Source of the DNA: Perkinsus chesapeaki ATCC PRA-425
Lineage: Eukaryota; Protista; Perkinsozoa
Direction: 5' to 3'
Length of the DNA stretch: 64,000 nucleotides
Assembly (NCBI GenBank): GCA_013115145.1
Contig: JAAPAO010000009.1
Span: 97,157 to 161,156 of the forward strand
The notes beneath the pieces are model-generated. The model ran no database searches. It was not told the origin of the DNA and saw nothing but the letters and a program-made list of their open reading frames with translations. This document shows, one piece after another, positions 38,780 through 49,848 of the stretch (position 1 is its first letter; every line of letters starts with the position of its first letter). The position numbers and the translations under genes were made by a program.

Positions 38780-41700
38780 CTGGTGACGCTGTTGGTGATG
38801 CAAGTGGCAGATGGCAGACCTTCGCAGATGTGGTACCATGGGACCGGGTTGTCGTCGCCTAAGCTTTGTTATTTCAGAAAGAGCCTCGTACTGTAGCTGA
38901 CCGTGACTTCGGCGAGGAGTCAGCGGAGGCTCAAGGAGGGAGCTTGGATGCCGCCGAGGAGGGGCCAGTGAAGCGCGATAGCATCTCCTCCTACAGCTCC
39001 CTACTGGTCAAGCTGGCCTTGGATGGTCTTATGGAAGACCGGGACATGGAGGATACAGCTGAGGCGGCGGCCTGCTACGTTCGAGAGCTCACTGCTAGAT
39101 CGTTGGCGTCCCTTGGTGGGGAGGGCTCTGAGGCGGACGATCTCGTGAGCAGCCCGGAGAGGCTGTCCACCTCTGGCAGCAGTGACGAGGTTGATAGCGA
39201 GTCCAGCGAGGAGGAGCCTCCGGAACAGTTTGACTCTGCAGAGGAATTCGACGACTTCGCTGATGAGGAGGAGCAACCATTGGAAGATTTGGCTGCTCCT
39301 AGCCCGCCGTCGAGGCCTCCCCCGGAGCCTCCGATCAGCCAGGTACCTAGTCAGCTTTCCAAGGTCGTGGAGATGTCCTTTGGTCAGATGGTAAAGGCTA
39401 CATTCGCGTTTGATCCTCCAGCGACTTCATCATGGCCATGTGGTGACAGCCCACCTCTACGATTCCAGGCCGGGGATATTATTAAGGTCAGCCGGGCGGC
39501 GTGGTCTGGGTGGTGTATGTGCCTTTAGATGCTTATCGGAGATCAGATGGGATGGTCATATGGTAGAGTAGTGGAGACAGCTGATGGTGAGTCCACTGGG
39601 CTTCGAGTCTGAACCATGCTCTCGCTGAGTCATGCCCAGAGGGTCACAGCGAACTGTAATGCAGCCCTCCCCAATGAAATAGAATATTTCGTTTTTTGAT
39701 GATCTCTCGTCCGCTATTGAGCGTTGCACGACCGTGAAATTTGTAGGATAGTACTAAAACGAACAGCGAGCAAGCATGTGTAAATCGATCAACCGTTTCA
39801 TACCCACTAGGCGCCCGGCCCGCGAAGGTTTTCGCGACGAGATAGCTGACGAGAAATCATGAAAAAAACGGAATATTCTATTTCGTTGGGGTGGGCTGTA
39901 GTGGGAAGACATTTCGTGTTTCTTATCTCACTGTGAACATTCTTTCTATCGACCATTGCATTATACCTCTGTTTCGGGCGCACTTAGTCATTTTTGGGTA
40001 ACACTTCCCCGTAGGATTGGATGGATCCTTAATCACTCTGACACGTGAAACAGGCGGAGGGGTAGTTGCGAAGACAATCGGCTTTTCCCTCTCGAATGCG
40101 GCTACGTTGTTGTTCAGGCGAAGTCTTCTCTGGCGCCAAGGGTTACTTCCCAACCAGCTACGTGGAGGCATATGTGCAGAAGGTCTGCTAACTTGGGCAG
40201 ATGGAACCACACGGCAGTACTGGTCAGGTATCTCTCGACACGCCCGAGATGGTCTGCGCCAAGAAGGATGAAGAGGTTCCGGTTGATAGGGAGGCCATCA
40301 GCGGCTCTACGACAGCGAGCCTGCAGGTACTGAGCTTGCAGTCATTTTTACTTGAGGGATGTCTTAGGATCCTCCCCTGGAGGAGGAGGACGGCGAGCTG
40401 GAGAATGTCCAAGAGGGGCCTGGAATTGAAGAAGGGTGTCTCGGGGAGGAGTTATTTACTAGCGACAGGCTCATCGGCAGTGGTAGGCTGGTTGTTATTG
40501 CGGTCGGTTGAGTTGTTGATGTAACAGGGCCTCTGGAGCCGGTATCGGAGGCTGCTGAGTGGCTGGAAGCTACAGCTACGGGGGGCAGCACCGATGATTT
40601 CGATGATGTTTGGGAAGTGATCGATGAGGACGGAGACCAGGCCCGGGAGACCGTGCCCGAAGAGGAGGCCTCACCTGTGATGGATGAGGAGGAGGAGGCT
40701 AGTGACAGTGACATGGACACAGCTGAGGAAGGCATGAACGCGGAGTCGTCGAGAGCCGCGGACTACGCGGATGGCGAGGAGGAAGGGGAGCAGGCGAGCT
40801 TCGATGTAATGGTATGGCAGAGTCGGGTGATAGGGTTGGACTGTTAGGATGGAGAGAGTGTTGGAGAAGAGGGAGCAGAGAAGGACTGGGATGCAATGGG
40901 AAAGTACGCCATCGAGGGGATCGAGTAAGGCACATATGGGTATTGATGAAAGGGGGCTCTTAGGACTACTGAAGAGGTGGAGGCGTGCTCATCGGAGGCG
41001 GAGCCAAGCCAGGAGGCAAGCGGCCGAGCTGGGCGTCCGCGGCCATGGGCGCTTCAGGGCGACCTCGCCGAGTTTGGTTCGGAGGAGGTCCTAGTGGCTG
41101 TGGTGGATGAAGAGCTTCCTGCGGATGATGACACTGACGTAGAGGCTTTATGGCGCGCTGCGGAGGCCGAGACCGAGCGGAGGGTCCAGGCGGAGAGCGC
41201 AGCTCAGGATGGGGTAACACTAGGGTTGGTGGTGGAGGCATGTTCAGTCAGGTCATCGCGGTCTCGGCTGCTACCTTCACTGAGAGCTCGGAGTGGGCCT
41301 GGACCAATTTTGACGCGATCGTCACCCCGGAGGCATTGTCCGAGGCTATTGGAAGCTACGTACCTGTAGAGCCGCCTCATCGCTCCTTATCGGCTGCCGG
41401 CCTGGCCTGCTGTACGGCTATGGCGGGTGGGGAGGGGCAGGTTATTGGACAGCCGGCATCGGGAGTGAAGAAAGACCTTATCAGGGAGAGGGACCTGTTG
41501 CTGTGCTTGGCCAGGGTGAATTACGCTCCTCTTGAGAGCGACATGCACAATAGGATGATACAGACTGTATGGCGAAAGCTCACAGGCTCGAGCTACGACT
41601 GTGAGGTCTTCGGCGAGCACTGGGCGGTCATAGGCTTCCAGGGCACCAATCCGGCAACGGATCTCAACCGTTTCGGAGGCATCCTTAATCTCATGCACAT

Positions 41701-42211
41701 GCTCTACCTCTACAGCGCCGTCCCGGATCTCAGCGAGGCTATGTACGAGGCGTCGATCGCGGCTCACTCAGACTTCCCCTTCGCCTGTGCGTCGATACAG
41801 TACACGAAGTTGGCCATGGACGTGTTCCGGTCTGGGCGGCTGAGCAAGCGGTGTAATGATAAGGGGGCGGTACTGGATGTAGTTGCCGAGTTCTATGCTG
41901 CCTGCTTTTGGAAGCACTGCAGGGTGTGGGTCACCGAGGGAAGGACTATTGTGGACTTCGATAGGACGCTGAAGGAAGTACAAAAGGCGGCGATGACGGC
42001 ACCTGTGAAGGTGTTGAAGGAGTTCCAGGCGCATAGGGGGGATGATTATCTCGAGGAAGATGTCACGAGGAACTCGTGGAGCGACGAAGGGGAGGAGGTC
42101 GAGTTTGCGGACATTGGAGCGGATCGTCCGACCGCTGGTCAGGGCAGATTTTCGTTTATTAAAAAATGGCGAGTTCCGTGGAGGGTCCGGAAGTATGTGG
42201 GGAGGTCGTAG
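38780..42211 (+). CDS. SH3 domain + acidic linker + ELMO/CED-12 (ELMOD-type) domain protein
   Basis: SH3: VKATFAFD..PLRFQAGDIIK..GWSYG..GYFPTSYVE; ELMO: HWAVIGFQGTNPATDLNRFGGILNL..FPFACASIQYT; 5' end uncertain. Confidence 0.7.
39662..39898. mobile_element. MITE (237 bp) with about 56-bp terminal inverted repeats, Tc1/mariner-like ends
   Basis: Left TIR CAGCCCTCCCCAATGAAATAGAATATTTCG...GCTAT vs right TIR reverse complement CAGCCCACCCCAACGAAATAGAATATTCCG...GCTAT (6 mismatches, 1 indel); right flank TA, left flank TG; inside intron 39587-40117. Confidence 0.8.
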
Positions 42212-42371
42212 TTGATTACATTATTGCATGACATGATTTTTCACAAGTTATCTATTGCACGAAAATGCTTAATTCAGTGTTGACATGCAGCGACTTCATC
42301 AAGCTAGTTCAAGTGTTGTGTTCTTGTGGTGGCGGGCTGGGAGCTGCTCCAATAGGCCCCTTTTTGCACCT

Positions 42372-44968
42372 ATGTGGAGGCTCTCTGGTCTCACGGTGCT
42401 TATTTTATTCATTTATCCTGTCCTAGGTCGTCGACTGTCCTTGGACACACAGACGTTCCTTGGGCCCACTCGAGGTAGTGAGGGGGGATTGGTATGCTGT
42501 ACTGGGCTGCGATCAGCAAGCGCAGTCTCAGTAACGAACTTGCAGACTGCATACATTGAAAAAGGTGGTCTAGCTTTACACCACATACTCGTGTCAGGTC
42601 CCCACGGTCATTCGCGTCATGTCTTCGATGTGAAGGAAACGGAGCACGGAGGGGAGTGCGATCCTAACGTCAGACAGATTTCTGGATACATCACGTTGAA
42701 GGATAATAAAACACGGTACTGGGGCAGGGTAGGTGGGCGCGAGTTCGATTCCGGGCAGGTACTTTTTTATGTTTTTTGAAGCCAGGCAGTCACCTGAAAC
42801 TGCCCCTATGGTGGTGTGGATAAACGGTGGTCCTGGCTTCAGCAGCCTGGCCGGCATGGTACTGGAAAACGGACCGTGTCGCCTCGTCGATAATGGAAAG
42901 AAGACGACCTTAAATCCGTAAGTCAGGAGGCGCTCCTCCGATTGGCAAATTGTGCCGTTTTGGTTGTATACGTCCTAGGTACTCTTGGACCACTGAGGCT
43001 AATGGGATATGGATTGATCAACCGGCGGCCACTGGGTTCAGCACAGGGCATTTGATAAACAGCACCGCGAAGGCAGGGCAACTGTTGTAAGATCGTGGTA
43101 AGGCAAACTGGGCTGCAAAGTTCAGCTTCAGATCTGAGTTCTTACATGCCTTCTTTGGGAAGTATCCTCAGTACAATAGGAAGGTCTTCATGGCCGGGGA
43201 ATCCTACGCAGGTGAGCTGCCACCAATTAGCGTTGCCCTACCGGCTTCCGCTGTAGGAAAGTTCATACCGGAGGCGGTGTTGCGAATGAAGGCGGATGAG
43301 AGAAGCGGAGCCGAGCCCGCTATCGACATAAGAGGCATTGCAATTGGCAATGGATACTTCAACTCCGATAGAGTGTACGTTGACTTCCAACTCTCATCAT
43401 TCCCATCCGTCCCCTCGGATCTGCAGTTGGCGGTCGTATCCCCGGATGGCCTATGAGAGTGGCACTGCTCCGAGGAGAGTGTCGACAGCTCAGTAAGACA
43501 CGGCAAAGTTCTGATATAGAGTTCCGTCCTGTCAGATATGAAAGTATGAAGAAGGTTGCCGAGGAATGTGTGAAGGAGACCCCTTCCTGTTTATCGGGTA
43601 AAAGGCAGGTGGATATACTTAGGTCGATGCTCCCAATCAGGACATAGCGGATGCCAGGCATTATACGATAAGTGTGCCAAGGGGCTCATCAATCCAATAA
43701 GTGATGGTAATTGGAGCATGTAATAGAATGGGACGTCGCTAGCAGTATTGGTCCCGTTTCTCCTTCGACGTTTCCTTATTTCGGAGTGGAATGGGCATAC
43801 TGGGAGGCTATAGTTCACGAGAGTCGTAGTAGTGCTGTTCGGTAACCCTCCAGCTGTCCCACGTAGCTGCGATATTTCCCACTGCCATTCCATCCTTGCG
43901 GGAATTCACCGGATGCTCTTATCACGCCCGGCCTCGGGATGGTACGAGCTATTCTTAGATATGATCTCAGAACCGAGTGTGGCCCCTTTCCTGACTGCCT
44001 GGATGACTCTCCGGTAGGGGGCTTGGAAGCTCGCGTAGCTGCGAATACTGTTGGTCAACTTCAGATTCGCACCTACTTTAACAGTCCAGCGGTTCAGAAG
44101 GCCATTGGAGCTCACATGAAGTGGAAGTCATCGAATGAGAATGTAATTGGGCGGAAGTAGCTGGATCTTAGCGAGTTCTATGAATCCCTTCACCGTTACC
44201 TTCCAGTGCTGTCATGCTGCTTTTGTGTGCGTACCCCGCCATCGTATATAGATACCCCGTGTACCTCTGTTCTGTCTATGGAATTGGCCACCGCAGGCGT
44301 CTGGAATGGATTTTGTACAGGTTACTGCTGCCTTTGACATCCGGGAGCTGTTTACCAAGACGGCTGAAAGTCAGCTGGTCCAGCTCTTGAAATCGGAAAT
44401 TAGCGTAATATCCAAATACTTACTGTGTGACTTCCTCCAGTATCCATTGTTTATGTGGTGAGTTGTTTTACGCTGGCAGGTGCTCTTGTATGCTGGTGAA
44501 AAAGATTTCCTGTGCAATTGGATCAGCGTATTGGATACTGCCGAGGAGCTTGATTGGCCAGGAAAGAGGCAGTTCTCTCGCGCACCTGAGACTGATCTCC
44601 AGGTAGGGACACGAACTAAGAGTCTTGCAGGCGACTTACTGCGACCTCCAACAACTGCTGATATGTCTTTGCTACTGCCTTGCTATTCAGTTGGTTTCTT
44701 CAAAGGTCGGTGTCAAGATACGAGCAGTCCAAAAGCTAGATAAATTTGGTGGTCTAACCTTCGCGCGGGTAGTACTTTCTCCGATGGGGGGCGGTTATTT
44801 GGTAAGGTAGTAGACTGGTTCGTATTGCAGGTCATCAATGCTAGTCATATGGTCCCCCAGGATGCACCAGAAGCGTCTCTACTTCTGCTGAGTGATTTTA
44901 TACATCGCACAACGGAGCCCTCATCGAGCCCACCAACCGCTCTCGGTTTGAAAATGCTGATCGTTTGA
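42372..44968 (+). CDS. Secreted serine carboxypeptidase, family S10
   Basis: Signal peptide MWRLSGLTVLILFIYPVLG; WINGGPG.SS, WIDQPAATGFS, GESYAG, AIGNG, LLYAGEKDFLCNW, INASHMVPQD. Confidence 0.92.
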
Positions 44969-45508
44969 CTTGGGCTTTTGCCCGTGTAACGTGATTGATC
45001 GGAGATATCTCTCTGTTCACGCATGTGAGCTGTTACAAGTGACGTACGTTCATGGTGCTGCATTCGTTGTGTTAGAGTATTTTCTCAAGGTTTGATCTGT
45101 TAAAGACATCATGTCATAGGTATCTTGATGGAGCAAAGCGGTCCGCTAAGTCAGTAGTGATAACTGTCCCGGGCCAGCACAGTGCTGGCAGCACTGTTGT
45201 TGAACTGTTGGCCCATTCGGAGTCTCGAGTTTAGAAGTACTCTAACTGGAGTGTAGTAGTTGATGAGTAGTTCGAGTCTTTCATCCATGCCACCTTAACG
45301 GTACTCAGTCTTCACCGCAGAGCAATGCTCTTCGCCCGAATCACATAAGTTCTCAGCCACAGCTTGCCTCCTGTGGAAGTGCACAGTGCGTACTAAAAGT
45401 CACGCGAATCGAATAAGTTCTTCGGGAGAGTAGTAGCGTTGGGCGGTGGAACAAGGGCATTTTCGTTCTGAGTCGCTTAGGGTGAGAATGGCGTTTCCTT
45501 CGATCTAG

Positions 45509-46295
45509 ACGTTCGCCGAAGGTCACGAGCGGCATGCTCTCCACCGCTACGTACCTTGGCAGTCTAAGAATCCTTTTTTTACAAGCCTGCCTGGTGAGCT
45601 GTCTACGTTTCTCGAGCAGGCGTTCCGTGCTCTCTCGCGGTACACACCGACATGTGCTTTTGTCGATCATCATGCATCTCATGTACGTCTGGTGCGATTG
45701 TATTTACGGGCATTCAAAAAGGTAAATAAAGCGCGCTGAACGCAGTGGGCCACTAGTAATGTCCCAGTGCCTATACGACAGTGCCTGTACTGTATAGGTT
45801 GTACATGGGGTACGTGAATCACGTAGCGACGCTACGTGATTCACGTTACGGTACGCTGACGCTACGGTAGCGTTACACGTTACGTAGCACAAATTAACAC
45901 TGCTGCTTAAGAATGCTCAATTTGAAGACTACTTGGACTCACCCGAAGACGGCACTGCAATGCTGAAGGCTTATGATTGGTATCGCCAAAGATACAAGTA
46001 TCTCTAGCACGCCGATTATCGACACTTGCAGGATCATACTGCAACTTTCGGGATTCTCTAGTAGCCAATCTCTAGTAGAGATTGTCTACCCTAACGTATG
46101 TTTCAGTGTATAGCTCCTATGGGCCATGTATTTCCCGAATACTCGGGAAGGCAGGCACACCTTTGTACGGTTTGTCTTGGCAATCATCCATGACGAGTGC
46201 AGTGACGTGTAAAAGCATACTCTAGATTACATGTCCAATTTGCACGCAAATTAGAAGACCAGCTATTAGAAGAATGGCCAGGAGAGGAGGCCTGA
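45509..46295 (+). CDS. Possible small spliced hypothetical gene
   Basis: A consistent in-phase exon chain can be built: ...HASHVRLVRLYLRAFKK..HKLTLLLKNAQFEDYLD..AYDWYRQRYK|IILQLSGFS|MYSSYG..AGTPL|LHVQFARKLEDQLLEEWPGEEA*; no homology recognised. Confidence 0.3.
45812..45873. repeat. Cluster of nested perfect inverted repeats
   Basis: acgtgaatcacgtagcg-a-cgctacgtgattcacgt (17-bp arms, 45812-45846) and acgctac-g-gtagcgt (45859-45873). Confidence 0.9.
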
Positions 46296-46351
46296 AAAGA
46301 ATATGTAAAGTCATCAGGAGTTACATCTATAATGAAGTCGGCCAGCAATAA
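46226..46351 (+). other. Short frame containing a histone H4 helix-1/loop-1-like peptide
   Basis: ITCPICTQIRRPAIRRMARRGGLKRICKVIRSYIYNEVGQQ*; IRRPAIRRMARRGGLKRI vs H4 ITKPAIRRLARRGGVKRI (14/18 identical). Confidence 0.6.
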
Positions 46352-47275
46352 GATAGATGTTGCATATATAACAGGGTAGTTGTGTGCTTCTGCATCTTGC
46401 TCGTTTCCGTGCCCAAGGCTCGGCCATACTTCTTGGTCCCAAATTTGGACTCCGAATGTGCCAGATTATCTGGCACATATTGTATCGTGGAATATCACCG
46501 ACGTAACCCGCAAGAGTAACGATGCTGCCAAGGTGTATTGATAAGGTACTAGAGTATTATTCAACTTTGACTAAGTTACTTTGTTGTGTTTCGTCTGCAG
46601 CCTGCCGAACTGCTATATTACCGCGGTGACGATTACTATATGTCTGGTAAATTGTCAGTGACAATGACAAACTGACACGATGCCTTACCGGGCCCGCGGT
46701 TTTAACCAGTGAGGTTAAAAAAAGAGTTTAGAAAACCACTGGTTTCCTAACCTTGACTTTGGGCTTCATCATTCTGCTAAATTCTTCAGCAGTATAGATA
46801 GGATGCCATTTTCAATACTCTGGATATAATATCTTGTGGAAGGAAACCTCTCCAGGAGCCCGTTGGGAACTTTAACGGTCTCCAGCACAATTGGCGCCAG
46901 TGGTCACTGGTCATCTGTATGAGTCAAGTATTTCTATTTGTTGTTAGGACGGATCTCCATAAACTCTCTGTTCGGACCTCCGATTGGCTCACGAGCAAGT
47001 AATCTGTCGTATTGGCCGCGAGTCCTACAGGTGCCGGTACAGCTAAGAATGGAAGAGCCAAGGAAGAGTCGCCATAAAGCCAAATTTTCCTCAGATGTTC
47101 AGCGATTCGCTGCCTGAAATTTAGTAGTCTGATACCAAAGTGATGATAATATGTCAATAGAGTCAACCACGGACCGTGAGCCGCGGTAGTACCGTGACGG
47201 TACTCGCAGAAGCTCAAAGATCATCCCACATGAATGGAATACAAACTCTATATGTTTTTAGTTAGTTTGCATATA

Positions 47276-48907
47276 ATGGCGCCGAGTCTGCGCGTGCTGC
47301 CAAGTACTGTTGGTGGCCGAGGCTTGTTCGCTCCCGATGGAGCTCATTTTACTCCCGGTCAAACGATAGCAACGTACAAGCCTCTTGTTTACTCTGTGAC
47401 GCCGGGTATGGCGAAGGCCTGTTGTCATTGGTGTCTCACTACCGAAGGTGGGCTCCTATGCGTTCACAATGCGTTCTTCAATGCACACGGGTCTGTTCTG
47501 ATTAGCTTCGAAGTACTACCAGTGCAGTGGCTGCCGCTATGCCGTTTACTGTAGCCGAGAGTGTGCTCGGGCGGCTTATAAGCTGGGCACTCACAAGAAG
47601 GAATGTCAGCTGGTAAATCTTGAGGCTGAGTCACTGCCGGTTGATGCCCTAGCTCCAGATACAGAAGCTTCCAGCTGACCATGCCTCCTCGGCCCCACTG
47701 AGCACATTCCTAGCAGCCGCCAAGCTACACTGGCTAGCACAAGGCAACGATGAGGTACGCACTTAGCAGCTGATTGAGAGTCTCATTGTTTATTTGAGGT
47801 ACGAGAGAACCTCAGCAACATGTGCCGGCATCCCGACGAGTCCGATACCGTAGAGGCAGATTCGGGGTCAACCGCTATTCTCCTCAGCCGCTACCTCGAT
47901 GGTAACTCAATGCCGACTAATGGCTCGACTTTTATTGTCAGACGCCCCGCCAGTTCATGTTATGTTGGACCTTCTTCGAGTGCTGCGCTATAATGCTGTC
48001 ACGGTCACTAATGACTCACTACAGGTAGCTTACGGACAAAGAGTCTTGCTCGACGGTTTCCTCAGGACGTTGCGCTATCACTCTTCGAAGAGGTCGCTGC
48101 TACGAATCATAGCTGCGCTCCGAATGTCGTCTTAACCTTCTCGGGTTCTACTGTGTAAGCTGGCCCCTTAGAACATAAGACTGCATGGCCACGATCATTT
48201 AGAACACTTCGAGCCATACGAACGGTACCTGAAGGTGGTGAGCTCTTCATCTCTTATATCGACATCTGTACGGCGCCAACCGCGAAGCGTCGCCAAAGAC
48301 TTCGCGATCAGTATAAATTCGATTGCACCTGTGAGAGGTGCATCAGAGAAGGTGCGGACTCCTGAGAAGTCCGAGAGCGTTGCTATTAGGTCCGTCAAAA
48401 GTAGACGAGGAAAGCTCGTACCCTAATTTGGTCTATGCGGAGGAGGACCTGAGGCTCAGTGTGCAGAAGCAAGACTGGAAGGAGGCTGCTCGCGCAGGCC
48501 GGCTCGTGGATGAGCTGAGAGTAAATCCCAATTGGCGTACCGTCTTATGTTTCCTATTCAGTCCTCCCTCTCTGGTGGGCAGGAATATGACATCTGTCGA
48601 GGAGTCAACGCATACATGCTGGCTAAGATACTTTCACTGGAAGATGGTCGGTTGATTCACCACGATCCTTTCCTGACTTGCCCGTTTCAGACTCCTTGCG
48701 AGAGGCGTTGACTTACTTCTCTAAAGCGGTGAGCAGCTTATCACCGCTCCGTAGTCTAGCGATGCTTCCTCTCTTCAGTACCGGATACTCAGCGTCACTA
48801 ACGGCAGCGATCACCCGATGGTTGAGGAGATCAAGGGGAAGATGATCGAACTGCGCAACTACGTCCAATATAAAACACCAGTTCCTCAGATTTTAAACGA
48901 TAACTAG
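47276..48907 (+). CDS. SET and MYND domain (SMYD-type) lysine methyltransferase
   Basis: GRGLFA, CHWC..CSGCRYAVYCSREC..HKKEC (MYND), NHSCAPN (SET), C-terminal HPMVEEI. Confidence 0.88.
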
Positions 48908-49039
48908 CGAACACTTACTTCAAATGACTGTCCATTAACGTTTCACCCCTAAGCCGGCATCGAGTTTACCGGAATCGTGTATCCTTGTGATCGGTCTCCC
49001 ATCCGCCATGTCGGCTGCATGCTTCAGTTCTAGTGGAAT

Positions 49040-49569
49040 ATGCTACGAACGTGGGGGCTCGGCCAAGTTGCATTGAAGCGTTCGATTCCTCCTGTAGTGT
49101 GCTCGGTCCGGTACGTCCATCCGGTACCGGAAAGGCGAGTAGAGTATATCAAGGACGAAGGCCCTGCAGAGGAGGAGGCGGCTCCTACTCCCGGTGGCGA
49201 GAAAATCAACTACAAGGTTGGTTGCTGAAGACTTCTTTGCTGCTACCCATACCGTTTCAGATACTCAAGACGGTGAATGGACGATACCCTGTCTACAAGC
49301 GCTTCATGAAATCCGGGCGTGAGGTACGCCGTCATTTTACAGTATGATTTCTAAGATACGTCCTAGGTTAATACGATGGTCAGACATGTTCGGGGAGATA
49401 TCAATCAGTGTCGGCGTCATCTTTCGGAGATTTGCGAAGCACCTGTACTTTCCTCACTGCCGTGTTCGGTTGCACGATCAGTCAGGTTCGCCTCCATATA
49501 GGGTCGCTGGAAGTCCGAGGCATCCATACGTGGAAGATAGTCGAGTTCTTAAGGAGTATTAATATGTGA
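49040..49569 (+). CDS. MRPL49: Mitochondrial ribosomal protein mL49 (Img2)
   Basis: YKILKTVNGRYPVYKRF..TMVRHV.GDINQ..LSEIC..VRLHIGSLEVRG.HTWKIVEFL. Confidence 0.75.
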
Positions 49570-49848
49570 TCTTCATGGATTTGCAGCCGTTTCTGTCTCT
49601 GCTGGTGTTGAGCTCAGAGTTCGTGGAACCCTGGCGACCAAACTCCTATTGGCTACATGGCTGGCCTACCACGGCTCCAGTATCTCCGGTATAAACAACA
49701 ACGTACTCTTGCTCCTGCGAGCTGTGCCTCTTTTCCTACTCCAACCTGGAGTAGGAGGAGAGCCACAAGCCAACCTGGGAGTTTGAATCTCCACGCTGCG
49801 ACCTTTCAGTACAGGGTTCGTTATGCAGCGGTTTCTGTGGTGTTTTCT

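Noticed and set aside
45353-45682. Minus-strand ORF with a faint resemblance to a LINE ORF2 C-terminus (RQACKKRIL...)
   Set aside because: No RT motifs; the region contains splice-like signals and can be read as a spliced gene on either strand
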